A DNA stretch of 63,224 bases, counting the filler, from an uncultured bacterium (GTDB taxonomy: Bacteria; Hinthialibacterota; Hinthialibacteria; Hinthialibacterales; Hinthialibacteraceae): assembly GCA_964449065.1 (NCBI GenBank). It is 14 parts of 14 records of this genome, joined end to end, with 100 filler letters (N's around TTAATTAATTAA, not from the genome) between each part and the next. Parts side by side here need not be neighbours in the genome. Positions count along the whole stretch, not along the records: positions 58,904 to 63,224 come from CAYVAZ010000388.1; 13 more parts are not named here. The stretch is one strand, 5' to 3'. The notes beneath the pieces were generated by a model, which saw only the letters and a list, made by a program, of their open reading frames with translations, was not told the DNA's origin and searched no databases. Positions 58,981-63,224 of this stretch are shown here, piece by piece; the first letter of the stretch is position 1, and every line of letters starts with the position of its first letter. The position numbers and the translations under genes are program-made.

Positions 58981-60117
58981 TTATTGTGTTTTCCATCTTT
59001 TTATACCGCTGGTGCCTTGGGCTTTGTAGTATAAAATGTTGCCATACAAAGGACTTTCACTCAGCACATCAAAGCTGGTAAGGTGAAATCCACCAGCTGA
59101 ATCCAGCACCAAATCAACCTGTTCGCCAAAACGAGCCCCTTCGTTGTTTTCGATGGTATCCACGATTTCAATCTTCCATTCCCCATCGATTTTTTGAGCG
59201 AATTTGATTTTGGTTTCATCCGAATACGCGATCGATGGATTGTCGTTCTCATCCAATACCAAGCAGGTAGCATCGCGGGCGAATAAAAACCCGATAGTTA
59301 GATCTTCCAGAATATCGACGGTTTCGATTTCCCAGCCGTTTGCGGTCTTTTGGGCCAAGCGCACTTCCGTCTCGTTGTTTTCGTTATGGCCGATATAGCT
59401 AATATAGGGTTGACCGTTTGAAGAAAGTGCGATGGAAGAAAACAGGCCGGAATCGGGGCTTTCATCCACTGGAGTCAGCGTCCATAAAATGCCGTCGCGG
59501 GTGCCGTAATACAACTGGCCGCTATTGCTGTTATGGTAAGAGATATGAGGTTGGTCATTCGTGTCCAATACCATATCCGTGCCTTCCGCGTACATAATCG
59601 GGCCGGTGCCGACCGTTTCCACCTGCCAGTTACCGTTGATACGGGAAGCAAACTCCAACCCTTCACCGCCAAAGCCGGAGGGGTCGGTGGTAAGGGTGTG
59701 CAGGTCTCCATTGGAATCGATTGCGACATTATTGTCCCATCCATCGTGTCCGGGATGAGCGATATTGTTAACAGTCCATTCGCCGCCCGTTCGAGACGCA
59801 ATGGTTTGGTCTTCGGTGGTGTGGTCGTGGTAGTTGATAATTGGGATATCGTCTTCGCTAATTTTGACATCCAACGGACCGTAAAAATAACCGGTTGACA
59901 CTTCATCTACATTCCACCCGCCGTCGTTTTTTTCAGCCAGTTTCACAAAACCGCTGAAACTTTCCAACATAAACGCGATAATGGGTTCGTTTTTGGAGTT
60001 TAAATCAATAGCAGGCTTTGCGCCTTGTGTGTCTACAACTTCTTTTTCCCAATCCAAACCAAATGCAAATGAGTGGCTCAATACGAAGAAGGATACAATC
60101 CAGCCCGTATTTTTCAT
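58981..60117 (-). CDS. Secreted beta-propeller-like repeat protein
   Basis: Signal peptide, repeated (I/L)D.N..P.ISY and W..E.VD motifs. Ends GTSGIKRWKTQ. Confidence 0.8.
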   Translation of the reverse strand: MKNTGWIVSFFVLSHSFAFGLDWEKEVVDTQGAKPAIDLNSKNEPIIAFMLESFSGFVKLAEKNDGGWNVDEVSTGYFYGPLDVKISEDDIPIINYHDHTTEDQTIASRTGGEWTVNNIAHPGHDGWDNNVAIDSNGDLHTLTTDPSGFGGEGLEFASRINGNWQVETVGTGPIMYAEGTDMVLDTNDQPHISYHNSNSGQLYYGTRDGILWTLTPVDESPDSGLFSSIALSSNGQPYISYIGHNENNETEVRLAQKTANGWEIETVDILEDLTIGFLFARDATCLVLDENDNPSIAYSDETKIKFAQKIDGEWKIEIVDTIENNEGARFGEQVDLVLDSAGGFHLTSFDVLSESPLYGNILYYKAQGTSGIKRWKTQ

Positions 60118-60185
60118 TGTAATTCCCCAATTAAGTTTTATTCTTCAACAGTATGCCAGTAGACCGGTAGAATTCCAAAAAATAA

Positions 60186-60971
60186 TTATGTGGCCATTAG
60201 TGTTTTAAGGTGGGATTTCATGTCAGGGTTCTGCATGATGGAGGTGCCGACTTGGATTGCATCGACACCGGCGTCTTGCAGGCGGAGGACGTCTTCGCGC
60301 GTAGAAATGCCGCTTTGGCTGACCAATACGCGGTCAGGGGGCACTATATCCCTAAGATTAATGGTGTTATCTATACTGGTTTCCATCGTATCAAAATCGC
60401 GGTTGTTGATGCCGATGACTTCGGCACCGGTATCGACGATCATTTCGATTTGATTCCGGGTATGTCCTTCAGCAAGGACATACAAGCCAAGGCTTTTTGC
60501 TGTTTGGTAGAATGATTGGTAAGTATCTTTATCTAAAACCTGTGCCATCAATAAGATAGCATCGGCTCCTAAAGCACGGCTTTCGTAAATTTGATACTCA
60601 TCGATGGTGAAATCTTTACGCAGTACCGGCAAGGTGACGGCCGCGCGCGCGAGCTGCAGGTGTTCATCCCTCCCGGCAAAGTACTTTTCATCGGTGAGTA
60701 CGGATATCGCGTCCGCCCCATTCAGTTCATAGGTGTGCGCGATTTCAGCGGCATCGATATTTCTTTTTATCGTACCCGCGGAGGGGGAGGCGGCTTTGAT
60801 TTCGGCCAGCAGTTTGACGGTTTTGCCATCCCGGCGCAGGGCATCTCGAAAATTGCGGGTAGGATTGACACATGCAGGGGATTGCATGAGCGCGTGGATA
60901 CTGCATAGTTCTTTGCGGTAAAAGATTTCGGTTTTTTTGTTGGCTATGATTTCTTCGAGAATACCGGGCAT
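60186..60971 (-). CDS. trpC: Indole-3-glycerol phosphate synthase
   Basis: AEIKAASPSAG, ISVLTDEKYF, LRKDF, IGINNRD, VSQSGI. Confidence 0.96.
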   Translation of the reverse strand: MPGILEEIIANKKTEIFYRKELCSIHALMQSPACVNPTRNFRDALRRDGKTVKLLAEIKAASPSAGTIKRNIDAAEIAHTYELNGADAISVLTDEKYFAGRDEHLQLARAAVTLPVLRKDFTIDEYQIYESRALGADAILLMAQVLDKDTYQSFYQTAKSLGLYVLAEGHTRNQIEMIVDTGAEVIGINNRDFDTMETSIDNTINLRDIVPPDRVLVSQSGISTREDVLRLQDAGVDAIQVGTSIMQNPDMKSHLKTLMAT

Positions 60972-61141
60972 ATACCAATCCATCTGATGTATTTATTTTT
61001 AAGCGTTTCGTAGTTGAATAGCCGGGCAGCACCGGCTTCCAGCCGGTACAGGTATGTACACTTTTCACCTCTACGCAAACCTGAATTGCTTTAATATATA
61101 TAGTATATACACTGTGGATTGTGAGCAAAAGGTTTGAACGG

Positions 61142-62434
61142 CTATTCGATCCAATTGCCGTTAAGCATAACGCGCTCAATGCTGTACATGGCTTTGATGT
61201 CATCCAACGGATTGCCGTCCACGATGACCAAATCGGCGAGTTTGCCAACATTGATGCTGCCGAGTTTTTCCTCGATGCGAAAGAAGCGGGCGTTTTCCAT
61301 GGTGGATGCCACGATTGTTTCCATTGGGGTTAAACCGCTTTCGACCAAAAGTTCCATCTCGCGCTGAAAGGCCCAGCCGCCTTCGGCGTGCCGCACCCAG
61401 GTGTGTGATCCGGTGGTGACCTTTCCGCCTGCCCGTCTGACCATACCGGTAAATTCCATCATGTTTTCAAAGCCTTTGACATGCATTTCGGTGGTGTCGT
61501 CATCGCCTTCTCTGCGTTCGAATGCTCCTAACGTGGCTGAGAAATACACGCCTCTATCGACGATCAATTGCACCAATTCTTTCGCCTGTTCGGATTCCAA
61601 ATCCAACCGGCTCCACATTTCAAAGCGGCCTTCGCGGCGGTAGTTGTTGTCGGTGATCATAGCCTGCCGCCATTGTTCCATTTCACGTAAATTCAGCATG
61701 GCCGAGCCAACGGATGTAACGTGCTCGATACCGTCCAGGCCGGCGTGGATGGCATCGCGGGCGTCGACGATTTCCAAATGCGCGGTAACGGGGATCCCGC
61801 GGGCATGAGCGGTTTCACAAGCGGCACGGATGTTGGCCAGAGTCAGGCGGAAATAGACTTTGATGGCAGATGCGCCTTGATCGATAAAGCGGTTGACGGC
61901 AGCACGGGTTTCATCTTCATCACGCAACAGAATCGAGTTTTGGGGATAAGCGGGGGGATAATCATCCAAATGGGGTCCGGTAAGATACAAGCGGGGCACC
62001 GGCTCGATAGAGTGGATGGTGGGCTGCCACTTTTCAATCCATGCACCCGGGTCACGGATGGAGGTGACACCGTGCTTTAAAAAGTTTTGAGGTGACGCAG
62101 CGTTCCGGCCGAGGTGGTAATGGGAATCAATCAAGCCGGGCAGGAGCGTTTTGCCTTCGGCATTGTAGACCTGCGCATCTTCGGGTATATCGATTCCCCA
62201 TACTCGCCCGATTTTCGTGATTTTGTTTCCTTTGATAATGACGATGGAGTCTTCAATAGGGAGATTGCCGTGGCCATCGATCAGGGTGGCACCAACGATT
62301 GCAATGGTTTGGGAGGCAGGCGGTTCGGCGACTTTGTTAAGATGGTGAATTGGTGTTTGCTGCGCTAATGGTGGTTGGCAAACATTAAGATACGTTAATA
62401 ATATTGAAATAAAAATTCCCATTCGAAATCGCAT
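61142..62434 (-). CDS. Secreted amidohydrolase-family protein
   Basis: PGLIDSHYH, IKVY, TAH, IEHV, GKLADLVIVDGNPL. Signal peptide; start uncertain. Confidence 0.9.
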   Translation of the reverse strand: MRFRMGIFISILLTYLNVCQPPLAQQTPIHHLNKVAEPPASQTIAIVGATLIDGHGNLPIEDSIVIIKGNKITKIGRVWGIDIPEDAQVYNAEGKTLLPGLIDSHYHLGRNAASPQNFLKHGVTSIRDPGAWIEKWQPTIHSIEPVPRLYLTGPHLDDYPPAYPQNSILLRDEDETRAAVNRFIDQGASAIKVYFRLTLANIRAACETAHARGIPVTAHLEIVDARDAIHAGLDGIEHVTSVGSAMLNLREMEQWRQAMITDNNYRREGRFEMWSRLDLESEQAKELVQLIVDRGVYFSATLGAFERREGDDDTTEMHVKGFENMMEFTGMVRRAGGKVTTGSHTWVRHAEGGWAFQREMELLVESGLTPMETIVASTMENARFFRIEEKLGSINVGKLADLVIVDGNPLDDIKAMYSIERVMLNGNWIE

Positions 62435-62557
62435 AATATTTTTCCTAAAAAAGACGTAATCCAATTTAATACACTCTTAACCTAACATACAGAAATCAGT
62501 TGTTCTAGTAGAATGATTTGGATGGGCAAAAGCTGACCGGTACATTTTTCCAATACA

Positions 62558-63160
62558 TTATCCCAAATTGGAGGTGTATTGTTTGCCGCGGGCGGCTTCT
62601 CCGGTGAGCCAGGGGATATCTCCGGTGCTGTGTAGCCCGTTGGTAACGTTATAGATCGTGTCGCGCATCTGTTGGGTGAAAACACCGGTTTTGAAAAAGT
62701 TTTTCCAGATGTTGCAGCCTTGCGAATAACGGTGATCAGGCCCGTCGGATTTCAGGCATGTACCGCGGGGCATTCCGGTATCGTTGCGTCCCCAAAAGCC
62801 GTGGAAGTTGTGGTAGAGGTAAGAAATTTGATCGGCATTGTTGTTATCGGGTTTGAACATATCCCGTGGTTTGAATGGATCGTCCAATGAATTGACGGAT
62901 GGCAGATAGGCGACCGGGGTAGAGAGTTCCCACACATTGATGAGCCGGTTGGGCGGTCGTGTGTGCGGGTAGGGTAGGGCGTTGTTATCGATTTGGTACA
63001 TTTCCAACGCGGTTTCGACGGAACGTAAATCGCTTTGTACCCGTGCCAGGCTGGCGCGGGTTTGCGCGTTGAGGAAGTTGGGCACGGCAATCGCCGCCAG
63101 GATACCGATGATGGCAACCACGATTAGAAGCTCGATAAGGGTGAAGGCGGATTTCGTCAT
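62558..63160 (-). CDS. Prepilin-type N-terminal cleavage/methylation domain protein
   Basis: A|FTLIELLIVVAIIGILAAIAVPNFLNAQ...GPD...YNVTNGLHSTGDI. Confidence 0.92.
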   Translation of the reverse strand: MTKSAFTLIELLIVVAIIGILAAIAVPNFLNAQTRASLARVQSDLRSVETALEMYQIDNNALPYPHTRPPNRLINVWELSTPVAYLPSVNSLDDPFKPRDMFKPDNNNADQISYLYHNFHGFWGRNDTGMPRGTCLKSDGPDHRYSQGCNIWKNFFKTGVFTQQMRDTIYNVTNGLHSTGDIPWLTGEAARGKQYTSNLG

Positions 63161-63224
63161 AACTTAATTACTCACGTTACGCACTACATTATGATATGCC
63201 CGTTTTTCTAATCGTTCGCTGAAT

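Overview
This is not one locus. It is 14 unrelated contigs of 4.3-4.6 kb in descending length order, joined by 100-nt N/TTAATTAATTAA linkers, which looks like the small-contig tail of a metagenome-assembled genome. Contigs: 1-4555, 4656-9201, 9302-13815, 13916-18380, 18481-22943, 23044-27503, 27604-32063, 32164-36597, 36698-41069, 41170-45521, 45622-49959, 50060-54381, 54482-58803, 58904-63224. Most contigs appear to come from one repeat-rich bacterium. My inference is a PVC-like or candidate-phylum organism such as OLB16/Hinthialibacteria or Sumerlaeota, based on the 16S 5' signature, the expanded NFLNAQ prepilins and the Pro/Thr-linker exoproteins. Contig 8 (GC-rich sulfotransferase cluster) and possibly contig 3 look foreign. 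Ordinary content: pntA1/A2/B, gpsA, xth, trpC, an ECF sigma operon, a 4Fe-4S/TorD pair, a cobalamin riboswitch, an rRNA promoter with the 16S 5' end, and a partial tRNA-Arg. Most interesting signals: (1) small toxin-antitoxin modules with no recombinase, each bracketed by a 50-110 bp diverged direct repeat of local sequence; in two cases the repeat is a duplicated gene 3' end whose coding differences are all synonymous; (2) a shared short C-terminal motif on unrelated secreted proteins, a candidate sorting signal, alongside a constant-variable-constant prepilin family; (3) a REP doublet read in frame inside a methyltransferase; (4) a B12-riboswitch-controlled secreted tandem-domain protein; (5) several enzymes with altered catalytic motifs.
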